Shown here one piece after another: positions 8,602 through 18,069 of a stretch of DNA of 64,000 nt. Every line of letters begins with the position of its first letter. The first letter of the stretch is position 1. Origin of the DNA: Myxococcales bacterium (lineage in GTDB: Bacteria > Desulfobacterota > Binatia > HRBIN30); the NCBI GenBank assembly GCA_037445065.1, contig JBBILD010000009.1:1-64000 (forward strand). Reading direction: 5' to 3'. The notes below the pieces were generated by a model. It made no database searches. It was not told where the DNA came from and saw only the letters and a list, made by a program, of their open reading frames with translations. The position numbers and the translations under genes were made by a program.

Positions 8602-10395
8602 ATGCCGCTCCTCCTGCTTCTTGCCTGCGTCCTCCCGCGCAACGGCCTGAGTTCGGGGGCCCTCGCGCAAGCGCGCGTGGAGCCGCGCTTGTTCGTGCTC
8701 GCCATTGGGGTCAGTCGCTACCACGACAGCTCCCTTTCCCTGCGCTTTCCGGCCAAAGACGCGCAGGCCCTGGCCGCCGCCCTGCAACGGCAGGCCGGCG
8801 GCCTGTACCGGGAGGTCGAGGTGCGCACGCTGCTCGATGCACAAGCCACGCGCGAATCGATCCTCGAAGCCTTGAACGGATTTCTCGCCCGTGCGGAACC
8901 CAACGACGTGGCGGTGCTGTTCGTGGCCGGCCACGCCATCCAGGATCGCGCCACGGGCAGTTACTACTTCCTGCCGCACCCGGCGAGCGGCGAAAACTAC
9001 GTAAGCACCGGCCTACGCATGACCGATCTCGACGAGATGCTGCGCTTGGTGCGGCGCAGCGCGCGCAGCGTGGTGGTCATGCTCGACACCTGCCACGCTG
9101 GCGCACTGCGCGTTGCCGCGCCGCACCTCGAAGCGCTCGAAGACCCAGCCGCGCGGCTGCAAACCGGCGAAGGGTTTTTCTTGCTTGCCGCCAGCAAGCC
9201 GGGCGAGGAATCGGAAGAGCGCGCCGACCTCGGTCACGGGGCCTTCACGTACGCATTGCTCGAAGGGCTCGCGGGGGCCGCCGATGTGGATCGCGACGGA
9301 GGCATCAACCTCACCGAACTCTTCGGCTATGTCGCCCGGCGCGTGGCTGAACTCACCCAGGACCGCCAGCACCCCTACTACAAAGTGGAAGGCACCGACT
9401 TCCGCTTCGCCGCAGTGCGCGCCGGGGCCTCCGTGCCCACGCTTCACCCAGCACCGATAAGCGATCCTGCCGCCGAAGAACGCGCCGGCAACACGCTCGC
9501 AGTTATGGAATTCCGCAACCTGCGCCCGGACGCAGAACACGACTGGGTCGGAATCGCCTTGCGTACGGCCTTCAACACCGAGCTGAGCAAAGTCAAAGCA
9601 CTCAACGTGTATGCCCCCGAACTGCTCGACCGCGCCTTGCGCCAGCGCGGCGGCGACATGGTAGCCACCGCCCGCCAGCTCGGTATCGACCGCTGGATCA
9701 GCGGCTCCTTCCACATCGTCGGCGATGCCATCCGCATTGACGCCCGCATCGTGTTCGCCAAGACCGGCCTGCAAGAAGGCTCCGACAGTGTGGAGGGACC
9801 GCTCAGCGAGTTTTTCTCCTTGCAAAAACAGCTCGTGCACCGCTTGCTGCGCCGCATGCACGTATCCCTGCCCGGCGAGACTGCTGGCGGCAACGACAAG
9901 AGCGACCTCAACGCGCTCCGCCTCCTTCTGGAAAGCGAGGGCGAAATCGAGCCGCCTCCCGCCACCCCCACCCGCCCTGCCTCCCGCCCGGGGCGGCGCT
10001 CTTCCTGGCTCACCCCGCACAACCTGTCGTGGCTCGGCGCGCGGCTTGCGCTGGCACAGGAAACACCGTCCCGAGAACGCGCCGCCAGGGAGCTGCTCGA
10101 ACGCTACCGCAATGCCCTCGAGCGCAAGGACATCGAAGCCTTTGCCGCCTTGTACCTCGAGTTTCCAGCGGAGCGGCGCACCACGCTACAGCGCTACTGG
10201 CAGGCCGCCGAGGGCCTGCGCGTGGACATCGAGTCCGTACACGTACAAGTGCAGGGAGAAGAACTGGTCGTCTCGTTTCTCCGGCGCGACCGCTTCGTGG
10301 ACCGCGAAAGCGGCAAGCCGGTCACCCTAGAAGTGCGCCTGACGCGCCGGCTGGTCCCGGTTGCCGGCGGCTGGAAAATTGGCGGTAAACCTTGA
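8602..10395 (+). CDS. Caspase-family (peptidase C14) protein fused to TolB-N/CsgG-like and NTF2/SnoaL-like domains; alternative start 8548
   Basis: LFVLAIGVSRY, FVAGHA (His), MLDTCHAG (Cys), HGAFTYALLEGL, DRQHP; then TLAVMEFRNL...DWVG...ISGSF...IRIDARIV; C-terminal LLERYRNALERKD...GGWKI. Confidence 0.85.
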   Translation: MPLLLLLACVLPRNGLSSGALAQARVEPRLFVLAIGVSRYHDSSLSLRFPAKDAQALAAALQRQAGGLYREVEVRTLLDAQATRESILEALNGFLARAEPNDVAVLFVAGHAIQDRATGSYYFLPHPASGENYVSTGLRMTDLDEMLRLVRRSARSVVVMLDTCHAGALRVAAPHLEALEDPAARLQTGEGFFLLAASKPGEESEERADLGHGAFTYALLEGLAGAADVDRDGGINLTELFGYVARRVAELTQDRQHPYYKVEGTDFRFAAVRAGASVPTLHPAPISDPAAEERAGNTLAVMEFRNLRPDAEHDWVGIALRTAFNTELSKVKALNVYAPELLDRALRQRGGDMVATARQLGIDRWISGSFHIVGDAIRIDARIVFAKTGLQEGSDSVEGPLSEFFSLQKQLVHRLLRRMHVSLPGETAGGNDKSDLNALRLLLESEGEIEPPPATPTRPASRPGRRSSWLTPHNLSWLGARLALAQETPSRERAARELLERYRNALERKDIEAFAALYLEFPAERRTTLQRYWQAAEGLRVDIESVHVQVQGEELVVSFLRRDRFVDRESGKPVTLEVRLTRRLVPVAGGWKIGGKP

Positions 10396-10401
10396 GCAGC
10401 G

Positions 10402-11703
10402 ATGAGGGCGGCAACGCACGCACACAGCGGCACACACGAACGCGGCCCAGCCGCGTGGTCCGGCAGCGCGGGGCATCTTCTGCTCTGCTGGTGCTGGGTA
10501 ATCGCGTGGGCTGCCTTGGCGTGCAGCACCGCCCATGCCCGCTCGCTCGAGGATCGGATCCCCGGCCTGTTTGGCGGCGTGTTTCGCACCTCGATCACGC
10601 CGTTCGCATTTCAAGACGTGCAGGAACCACGCGTTGCCGACCGCTTCCGCACACTCTCCGCGGCCCTCACCGCGGCGCGCGCCCAAGTGCCGCCGCCGTC
10701 TGCCACCGGGTCCTTCCGCTTCGAGTTCGACGAGGCCTCGGAAGCGTACATCCGGCGAGCCCAGAGCTTAGGCCCGAGCGTGGCGGAGCGGGCCACGACC
10801 CTGGGGCGCGGCACTGTGGCTCTGAGCTTCTCGTACACGCGCATTGACTTCGACACCTTGGAGGGCGATTCGCTGCGCCGCTTGCGCGCCTCGCAACCAG
10901 CACTCTCGGCCTCCTTCCTCGACCAGCTCCCGGAAGAGGACCGGCTGCGCGCTGCCGACAACACCCTCGAGACCTCGCTCGACTTGCGCTTCGGCTTCGA
11001 TTTGTGGTTCCTCACCGCGGCCTACGGGCTCACCGACAACGTGGACTTGAGCCTCTCTTTGTCGCTGGCACGGGCCCGCATGCGTGCCTCCGCGCTTGCC
11101 ACCATCGGCGACCCCAACGGCGATGGGGGAGCGTTTTTTACTGTGGACCAAACGGGCGTACTGGTGGACGATCTCGGCTCCTGCCCGGGCGAATTCCTGT
11201 GCGCGCGCGACTCCTTCGATGCAAGTGCGTTCGGCACCGGCGATCTGTACCTGCGAGGCAAGTGGCACCTGGCGCAGGTGTCGTGGGCGGAGCTGGCACT
11301 CGTGGGGGTGCTTACCTTGCCCACCGGCAATGCGAGCGATTTCCTGGGCTTCCACGACCCCACCTTCACACCGTGGCTGGTGCTTTCCCGCTCCTTCGGC
11401 CTTCTCACCCCGCACTTGAACCTCGGCTACGCCCTGCGAAGCGGCAAGGATGTGAGCCAGGCCCAGTGGATCGCCGGCGCCGACTACCTGCTTCACCCAC
11501 GCTTCACCGCTGCCGTGGATGTCCTCGGCTTCCACGACGACCGCCGCGACGGCATTAACGACGACATTCTGCAAACCGCACTGGGCATCAAGTGGAACCC
11601 CTTCGGGCAGTGTGTGGCAAGCGCCAACCTGCAACTCCCGCTGAACCGCGACGGCCTGCGCGCCGATTGGATTTACTCCTTCCAGTTCGAGTACGCATAC
11701 TGA
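10402..11703 (+). CDS. Outer-membrane beta-barrel transporter-family protein (Phenol_MetA_deg-like)
   Basis: Signal peptide; ERATTLGRG, YGLTDNVDL, GTGDLYLRGK, LTLPTG; ends FQFEYAY. Confidence 0.7.
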   Translation: MRAATHAHSGTHERGPAAWSGSAGHLLLCWCWVIAWAALACSTAHARSLEDRIPGLFGGVFRTSITPFAFQDVQEPRVADRFRTLSAALTAARAQVPPPSATGSFRFEFDEASEAYIRRAQSLGPSVAERATTLGRGTVALSFSYTRIDFDTLEGDSLRRLRASQPALSASFLDQLPEEDRLRAADNTLETSLDLRFGFDLWFLTAAYGLTDNVDLSLSLSLARARMRASALATIGDPNGDGGAFFTVDQTGVLVDDLGSCPGEFLCARDSFDASAFGTGDLYLRGKWHLAQVSWAELALVGVLTLPTGNASDFLGFHDPTFTPWLVLSRSFGLLTPHLNLGYALRSGKDVSQAQWIAGADYLLHPRFTAAVDVLGFHDDRRDGINDDILQTALGIKWNPFGQCVASANLQLPLNRDGLRADWIYSFQFEYAY

Positions 11704-11912
11704 TCGAGGGGCCGCCCAGCCTGCCCCGCAAGCCCCGGCTTTCTCCCAAAGGTGCCGCCGTTCGGATGTGCGCGCGCCGGCGGGCGTGCAGGGTGCCGCA
11801 AAGCCACGCCGCCGTCCGCTCGGACCACCGCACCGCCCCCCTTTGACTTGGCAGCGGGCACCAGGAACAGTATGCGGAATTCCCCACACAAAGGAGAGTG
11901 CTGCATCGCGTC

Positions 11913-13628
11913 ATGGAGTGGTCCGCCACATCGCGCTCGCGCATCTTGCGACGAATGGCAGAGGAGAGCTTCGACCTGCTCGTGATCGGTGGTGGCATTA
12001 CCGGTGCGGGAGTGGCGCGCGAGGCTGCTTTGCGCGGCTGGCGGGTGGCGCTGGTCGAGCGGCGGGACTTTGCCGCGGGCACCAGCAGCCGCTCCTCCAA
12101 ACTCATTCACGGTGGCTTGCGCTACTTGGCGCAGGGGGACGTCTCGCTCGTGCGCGAAGCAGCGCGGGAACGGGCCGTGCTCCGCCGCTTGGCTCCCCAC
12201 TTGGCAGAGCCGATCCAGATGCTGGTGCCGGTCTACAGCCGCACCGGCTACCTCACGATTCGCGCCGGCTTGTTCACCTACGATCGGCTGGCCAAAGTCA
12301 ACAAGGAAGAGCGCAACCGCATGCTCGGGCGCGAGCAAGCGATCGGTCTCGAACCGCTCCTGCGCGCGGAGCGTTTGTACGGGGCCGGCTTGTACTACGA
12401 GTACCTGACTGACGACGCGCGCTTGGTGATCGAAACCGTGAAATCCGCCGTGGCCCTAGGTGCACTGGCTGTAAACCACGCACCGGTGGTGGGCTTGCAC
12501 CTGCAGAATGGGCAGGTAGCGGGAGCGATCGTTCGCGACGAACACGACGGAGGCGAGTACGTGGTGCGTGCAGCGGCGGTGGTGAACGCAGCCGGGCCGT
12601 GGGTGGATGACGTTCGCCTCATGCAAGGAGGGAGCGAGCAGCGCCGGCTGCACCTGACCAAGGGCATCCACCTGACACTGGCACGCGAGCGGCTACCGGT
12701 GGGGCGCTGCGTGGTGATGCAGGCCGCCGACAAGCGCAGCGTGTTCGTGATCCCGCACGGCGAACTCGTCTACCTCGGTACCACCGACACCGATTACGAA
12801 GGGCCGCGCGACGAGCCAGCCATCACCCGCGCCGATGCCGACTATTTGCTGGCCGCCGCCAACGCGACGTTTCAAATCGAACCACTCACCCTCCGCGACG
12901 TACTCGGCGCCTGGGCTGGCCTGCGACCGCTGCTGCACGAGGAGGGACGCAAGCCGAGCGAGATCTCGCGCAAAGACGAAATTATGATCGGCCCGACCGG
13001 GCTCATCTCCATCGCGGGGGGCAAGCTCACCACCTTTCGCTGCATGGCGCAGAGGATCATCGAGGTGGCGGCGGAACGCTTGCCGCCAGCACGGGCCGCG
13101 GCGGTGGTGGCGCAGGGCAACAGCGAGACCACACCGTTGGCCGGGGGTGCCTTTGCGGCGCAGGCGGAGTCCGACCTAGCCCTCGCCGTCAAAGAGTTCC
13201 ACGACCGCTTGCACGTCCGCTTTGCGGGCTTCTCGCCGCGCGTGCTGGATCGCCTCGTGCACCTCTACGGCACGCAGGCGGAGGAGATCCTGGGGCGTGC
13301 CGCCGCCGAGCCAGCACAAGCGGAGCTGGCCGACGCGGAAAGTGGGCTGACTCGCGCCGAGGTCGAGTACAACCTGCGCAGCGAAATGGCGCTGACGCTG
13401 GCCGATGTGCTCGAGCGGCGAGCCCGGCTGTTCCTGTGGGACCGCAGCAACGGCTTGCGCGCCGCGCCGCGGGTGGCTTCCTGGATGGGGGAAGTTCTCG
13501 GTTGGAGCGCGGCGCAGCAGCAGGCAGAGCTGGCAGGGTACGAGCAGCACGTGCGGGAGGTCAAAACCTTCGCCCTCGCAAGCCCGGCAGAAGAAGCAAA
13601 GGAGGCACATGCAGCCAGCAGATCGTGA
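11913..13628 (+). CDS. glpD: FAD-dependent glycerol-3-phosphate dehydrogenase/oxidase
   Basis: DLLVIGGGITGAG, DFAAGTSSRSSKLIHGGLRYL, DDARL, NAAGPW, WAGLRPL, GGKLTT. Confidence 0.9.
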   Translation: MEWSATSRSRILRRMAEESFDLLVIGGGITGAGVAREAALRGWRVALVERRDFAAGTSSRSSKLIHGGLRYLAQGDVSLVREAARERAVLRRLAPHLAEPIQMLVPVYSRTGYLTIRAGLFTYDRLAKVNKEERNRMLGREQAIGLEPLLRAERLYGAGLYYEYLTDDARLVIETVKSAVALGALAVNHAPVVGLHLQNGQVAGAIVRDEHDGGEYVVRAAAVVNAAGPWVDDVRLMQGGSEQRRLHLTKGIHLTLARERLPVGRCVVMQAADKRSVFVIPHGELVYLGTTDTDYEGPRDEPAITRADADYLLAAANATFQIEPLTLRDVLGAWAGLRPLLHEEGRKPSEISRKDEIMIGPTGLISIAGGKLTTFRCMAQRIIEVAAERLPPARAAAVVAQGNSETTPLAGGAFAAQAESDLALAVKEFHDRLHVRFAGFSPRVLDRLVHLYGTQAEEILGRAAAEPAQAELADAESGLTRAEVEYNLRSEMALTLADVLERRARLFLWDRSNGLRAAPRVASWMGEVLGWSAAQQQAELAGYEQHVREVKTFALASPAEEAKEAHAASRS

Positions 13629-15021
13629 GCAGCATCGGCGCGCCCTGGCGCAGGTGCTGGGCGAGTCTCAGGTGCGTTGGGACGAGGAGAGCCTGCGCAC
13701 CCACCAGCGCGACACCTGGTTCTTGCACGTCTGGCGTGCTTGCCACCAGCGGCTCGCAGACGAGCCGCTCTGTGTGGTGTGGCCGCGCTCGACCGGCGAG
13801 GTGCGAAGCGTGGTGCGTTACGCCGCGGACCATCGCTTGCCGCTGGTTCCCTTCGGCGGCGGGTCCGGCGTGTGTGGAGCGATCGCCCCCACCGCCAGTG
13901 CCATCGTGCTCGACCTGCGGCGCATGAACCACTTGCTCGAACTCAACGAAACCGCCCTCTACGCGCGCGTGCAAGCCGGGAAAATGGGCAACGAACTCGA
14001 GGGGGAACTCAACGCGGCAGGCTACTCGGCAGGACATTTCCCGCAATCCATTGCCCTCTCCACCGTGGGCGGCTGGGTCGCCACCCGAGCCGCTGGCCAG
14101 TACTCGACCCGCTACGGCAACATCGAGGACATCCTGCTCGCACTGGAAGTGGTGCTCCCCAACGGCTCTGTGCTGCGCACCAAGACGGTGCCGCGCGCTG
14201 CCACGGGGCCCGACTTACGCCAGCTTTTCCTCGGTGCCGAGGGCACCTTGGGGGTGGTTACCGAGGTCACGCTCAAAATCTTTCCGCGTCCGGAAAGCAC
14301 GCTTCTGCAGTCGTTTTCCTTCGCCGATATGGCCACCGGTCTCGAGGCAATTCGCCGCATCCTGCGCGCGGGCTGGCGCCCTGCCGTGGTGCGCTTGTAC
14401 GACGCCGTGGAGACCGTGCGCCACTTCCCGGCCGCGAGCGCAGGAACGAACTGCCTGCTGCTGGTGGTCAGCGAAGGGCCGGGTGCCTACACGGTTGCGG
14501 AAGCAGCCGCTGTTGCAGGCGTGTGCGCGGGAGCGGGCGGAGAAGCGCACGGGCCCACACCGGTCGAGCACTGGCTGCGCGAGCGCAACAACGTTCCGAG
14601 CTTCGAGTCGTTCATCGAGCGCGGGCTGGTGGTGGACACCATCGAAGTGGCGGCCACTTGGGACCGTATCGCCACCGTGTACCACGAAGTGGTCGCGGCC
14701 GTGCAGGCGGTGCCAGGTGCGCTCGTGGCCTCCGGCCACAGCTCGCACAGTTACGCGCAAGGCACGAACCTGTACTTCTCGTTTGCGGCCCGCCCCCCCG
14801 CTCCCGAGCGAGCCGAGGAGACCTACCTCGAGTGCTGGCGCGCCGCCATGGAGGCCACCTTGCGCGCGGGCGGCTCGATCGCCCACCACCACGGCATCGG
14901 GCGGGTGCGCCGCCCCTGGCTTCGCGCCGAGCTAGGGGAGGGGGTCGAGGTACTGCGCGCCATCAAGCACGCGCTCGATCCAAGCGGTCTCTTCAACCCC
15001 GGCACGTTGCTGCCGGACTGA
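13609..15021 (+). CDS. VAO-family FAD oxidoreductase, alkyl-dihydroxyacetone-phosphate synthase-like
   Basis: AAGGAGG RBS; PFGGGSGV, GHFPQS, STVGGWVATRAAGQYSTRYGNIED, GAEGTLG, HSSHSY, HHHGIG, DPSGLFNPG. Confidence 0.85.
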   Translation: MQPADREQHRRALAQVLGESQVRWDEESLRTHQRDTWFLHVWRACHQRLADEPLCVVWPRSTGEVRSVVRYAADHRLPLVPFGGGSGVCGAIAPTASAIVLDLRRMNHLLELNETALYARVQAGKMGNELEGELNAAGYSAGHFPQSIALSTVGGWVATRAAGQYSTRYGNIEDILLALEVVLPNGSVLRTKTVPRAATGPDLRQLFLGAEGTLGVVTEVTLKIFPRPESTLLQSFSFADMATGLEAIRRILRAGWRPAVVRLYDAVETVRHFPAASAGTNCLLLVVSEGPGAYTVAEAAAVAGVCAGAGGEAHGPTPVEHWLRERNNVPSFESFIERGLVVDTIEVAATWDRIATVYHEVVAAVQAVPGALVASGHSSHSYAQGTNLYFSFAARPPAPERAEETYLECWRAAMEATLRAGGSIAHHHGIGRVRRPWLRAELGEGVEVLRAIKHALDPSGLFNPGTLLPD

Positions 15022-15042
15022 GCGGAACGGAGGGGCGCACCG

Positions 15043-16506
15043 GTGGCGGCAATCTTGGCCATTGACGAGGGCACCACGGGCGTGCGCGCCTACGTGTTCG
15101 ACGAGCAAGCGCGCGTGCGCGGGCGAGCGTACGCAGAACTCACACCGAGCTTCCCGCAGCCGGGCTGGGTGGAGCAAGACCCGGAAATGATCTGGCAGCG
15201 CACGCAACAGGTTTGCGAGCTGGCCTTGCGCGAGAGCGGCGTGAGTCCCTCCGAACTCAGCGCGATCGGCATTTGCACGCAACGCTCCACCACGATCGTG
15301 TGGGAACGAAAAACCGGCCGCCCCCTTTATCCCGCCATTGTGTGGCAAGACACGCGCACTGCCGCCCGCATTCCGGAACTCTTGGCGCGCGGGGTGTTCA
15401 CCAACGCCATGGCCTCGGCAAGCAAGGTGCAGTGGATTCTCGAGCACGTGCCCGGCGCTCGGCAAGCCGCACAGGACGGCAAGCTCTGTTTCGGCACCGT
15501 AGATAGCTTTCTCCTGTGGCGCTTGACCGGCGGGGCGGTGCACGCCACCGATCACTCGAACGCCTCCTGCACCACGCTGTACGATCCGTTTGCGGGTAAC
15601 TGGCAGGAGTTCGCTCTCGAGACTCTCGGGATTCCGGCCGCCATGATGCCGGCGGTCGGCGACTCGAGTCAGGTCTACGGCTACACCGACCCCAACGTGT
15701 TCGGGACACGGGTCGCGGTGGGAGCGCTCGCTGGCGACCAGCAAGCGGCGCTGTTTGGCGAACTCGGTTGGCAGCGCGGCGCTGCCAAAATCACGTTGGG
15801 CACCTCCGCCATGGCAGACGTGCACACGGGCGCCGAGCTGGTCGTATCCACCCGCGGTGCCTACCCGCTGGTGCTGTGCACGCTACCCGGCCAGCGCGAC
15901 TTTTGTCTGGAGGGAACGGCAATTTCGGCGGGCGCCGCGATACAATGGCTGCGCGACGGCCTGGGTATCTTACGCTCGCTCGACGAAGCCAGCGCGCTCG
16001 CAGCGTCGGTGTGCGACAGTGGCGGGGTATGGGCGGTCCCCGCCTTTCAGGGCTTGGGCACGCCACACATGGAGCCACACGCCCGAGCCGTGCTTGGCGG
16101 CCTCTCTCGTGCCTCCACCCGCGCGCATGTGGTGCGCGCCTTTCTGGAAGGGATCGCTTTTCGCTGCCGGCAAGTGCTGAACACTCTCTTCGAAGAAGCT
16201 GGCCTGCCCTGGCCCGAACGCTTGCGCGCCGACGGTGGGGCCGCGACCAACGACTTTTTGCTGCAGCAAATCGCCAACGCTTGCGGCCGCCCCGTCGAGC
16301 GCCCTGCATCCGTGCAAGCTTCCGTACTCGGTGCGGCTTACCTTGCCGGACTCGCAACCGGTGTGTGGCAGTCGCCCGCGGACTTAGCGGCCACTTGGCA
16401 AAGCGGCGGCATGTTCGAACCACAAGGCTCCGAAGAGCAACGGGAAGCGCGCTTCCAGCAATGGGAGCGCGCCCTCGCTGCGGCGCGGCTCGGGGCCTTG
16501 TCGTAA
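15043..16506 (+). CDS. glpK: Glycerol kinase-like FGGY carbohydrate kinase
   Basis: AIDEGTT, PGWVEQDP, IVWQDTRT, FGTVDS, TDHSNAS, GDQQAALFG, ADGGA. Confidence 0.8.
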   Translation: MAAILAIDEGTTGVRAYVFDEQARVRGRAYAELTPSFPQPGWVEQDPEMIWQRTQQVCELALRESGVSPSELSAIGICTQRSTTIVWERKTGRPLYPAIVWQDTRTAARIPELLARGVFTNAMASASKVQWILEHVPGARQAAQDGKLCFGTVDSFLLWRLTGGAVHATDHSNASCTTLYDPFAGNWQEFALETLGIPAAMMPAVGDSSQVYGYTDPNVFGTRVAVGALAGDQQAALFGELGWQRGAAKITLGTSAMADVHTGAELVVSTRGAYPLVLCTLPGQRDFCLEGTAISAGAAIQWLRDGLGILRSLDEASALAASVCDSGGVWAVPAFQGLGTPHMEPHARAVLGGLSRASTRAHVVRAFLEGIAFRCRQVLNTLFEEAGLPWPERLRADGGAATNDFLLQQIANACGRPVERPASVQASVLGAAYLAGLATGVWQSPADLAATWQSGGMFEPQGSEEQREARFQQWERALAAARLGALS

Positions 16507-16684
16507 GCTCCAACGCGGCGGCCGCGTTGCACAAACCGATTTGGCTCTGTAGACCGTCAGTGGGTGGCAGGCTCGGTTCGGGCGTCACGCTGTTTGCCGC
16601 TCAGGGAACATCCGTGTCTGCAAAGGGGAGCCGGGAGCCGCTCGCCCGCGCACCACTCCCTCCACCCAGCGGCGGCTCCCGCCG

Positions 16685-16870
16685 TTACTTCCCGCGCGCG
16701 TTCCGCGGGCGGTAAGAGAGCACCCGTGCTGGCTTTGGTTGCTTGCGCGACCCGAGGGCCTGATCTGCCGAGTCAGGCTCGCCCTTGTTCACCGCAACAG
16801 GCATGGCCACCACGGTGCTCCAGCGCTTTTCTGCTTTGATCCACCTTCCGGTCATCACCACCTTCGCCAT
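16685..16870 (-). CDS. Small basic hypothetical protein (61 aa)
   Basis: GGAGGAG directly upstream of the ATG; MAKVVMTGRWIKAEKRW...; no family recognised. Confidence 0.45.
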   Translation of the reverse strand: MAKVVMTGRWIKAEKRWSTVVAMPVAVNKGEPDSADQALGSRKQPKPARVLSYRPRNARGK

Positions 16871-17034
16871 CCACTCCTCCGTCAGGCGCAAGGTGGAACG
16901 GCAAGCGCTGTGCCACTGCGCTCGCGTATCAGCGCCCGTACACAGGACAGGGCACCGCACAAGCTTGTGCGGCGGCAGAGAACAAAATTGCGCAGTGGGC
17001 CAAAGGTGGGCGTACGTAAACGGCGAGCTGCCGC

Positions 17035-18069
17035 TCAGGCGCGGTTGGCCGCGCGGCGGCGGTAGGTCTCGAAGGCAGCGAGGAACAAAATCACGCAGCC
17101 TTGGATCACTTGCACAAGCACGGCCGACACCCCCGCCACCCGCTGCATCGAGTTGGAGCCAGCGTCGAGGGCGCCAAAGAAGGCTGCGGAGAGCAGCGCT
17201 CCCAACGGGTGGATGCGGGCGAGCAGGCCCACCGCAATGGCCGTGAACCCCCAGCCGGGCGAAAAACGCTCGTAAATGCGCCGCGTCACGCCTGCCACTT
17301 CCACACCCCCGGCCAAGCCAGCCAGCGCGCCGCTCAGGGCAAAGGCGAAGAGCACCGTGCGTCGCGCATCAATGCCGGCAAGCACGGCTGCGGCCGGGTT
17401 CCCACCCACGGCGCGCAGTTCGAAGCCGCGGCGGGTGCGAAACAAGAAGATCTGCAAGGCCACTGCGGCGAGCACAGCGAGCCCCAATCCCGCATGCACG
17501 CGGTAAGGAGCCAGACGCGGGAGCAACATGTGTGCGGGCAGTGCATCGCTTTGCGGGTAGCGAGCGCCGGCTTCCATCAACGGTCCTTGCACCAGGTAAC
17601 TCAACAGGGCGGCGGCAACGAAATTGAGCATGATCGTGGAGATCACCTCGTTCACGTTGCGCTGCACTTTCAGCAGCGCAGCCAATGCGGCCCACGCCGC
17701 CCCGCTGGCCGCCGCCAGCGCTAGCCCAGCAGGCAAGGCGAGCAACGCGGGCAGCTCGGGGGCGAGGTAACGCCCGGCAAACGCAATCGCGGCAGCACCA
17801 GCCAGCAGTTGCCCCTCCGCCCCGATGTTCCACACCCCAGCGCGAAAGGCCGCGATGATCGCCAGCCCCGTAAGCAGCAAGGGGCAAGTTTTTACCGCCA
17901 CCTCAGAAAGACTGTCCAAGCTGCCGAAGGCTCCTTGCACGAGAGCAGCAAAGGCAAGTGCAGGGCTCACCCCAGAGGCCCACACAAAGGCAGCGCCGAC
18001 CAGCAGGGCCAAGGCCACAGCTGCGAGAGACGGGAACACCTCGCGCGCTACCTGTCGCATCATGTTCAT
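17035..18069 (-). CDS. ABC transporter permease (nucleoside/sugar, Nup-type)
   Basis: FRAGVWNIGAEGQ, VNEVISTIMLN, GFELRAVG; ATGA overlap with the ATPase. Confidence 0.9.
   Translation of the reverse strand: MNMMRQVAREVFPSLAAVALALLVGAAFVWASGVSPALAFAALVQGAFGSLDSLSEVAVKTCPLLLTGLAIIAAFRAGVWNIGAEGQLLAGAAAIAFAGRYLAPELPALLALPAGLALAAASGAAWAALAALLKVQRNVNEVISTIMLNFVAAALLSYLVQGPLMEAGARYPQSDALPAHMLLPRLAPYRVHAGLGLAVLAAVALQIFLFRTRRGFELRAVGGNPAAAVLAGIDARRTVLFAFALSGALAGLAGGVEVAGVTRRIYERFSPGWGFTAIAVGLLARIHPLGALLSAAFFGALDAGSNSMQRVAGVSAVLVQVIQGCVILFLAAFETYRRRAANRA

Noticed and set aside
3691..8650. Long plus-strand ORFs (3691..5025, 6118..7464, 7025..8650)
   Set aside because: Antisense shadows of well-supported minus-strand genes in high-GC DNA; no motifs.
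16685..16870. Ribosomal protein L28 (MAKV..TG start)
   Set aside because: It lacks the GN..SH..N.T.R.F.PN pattern.
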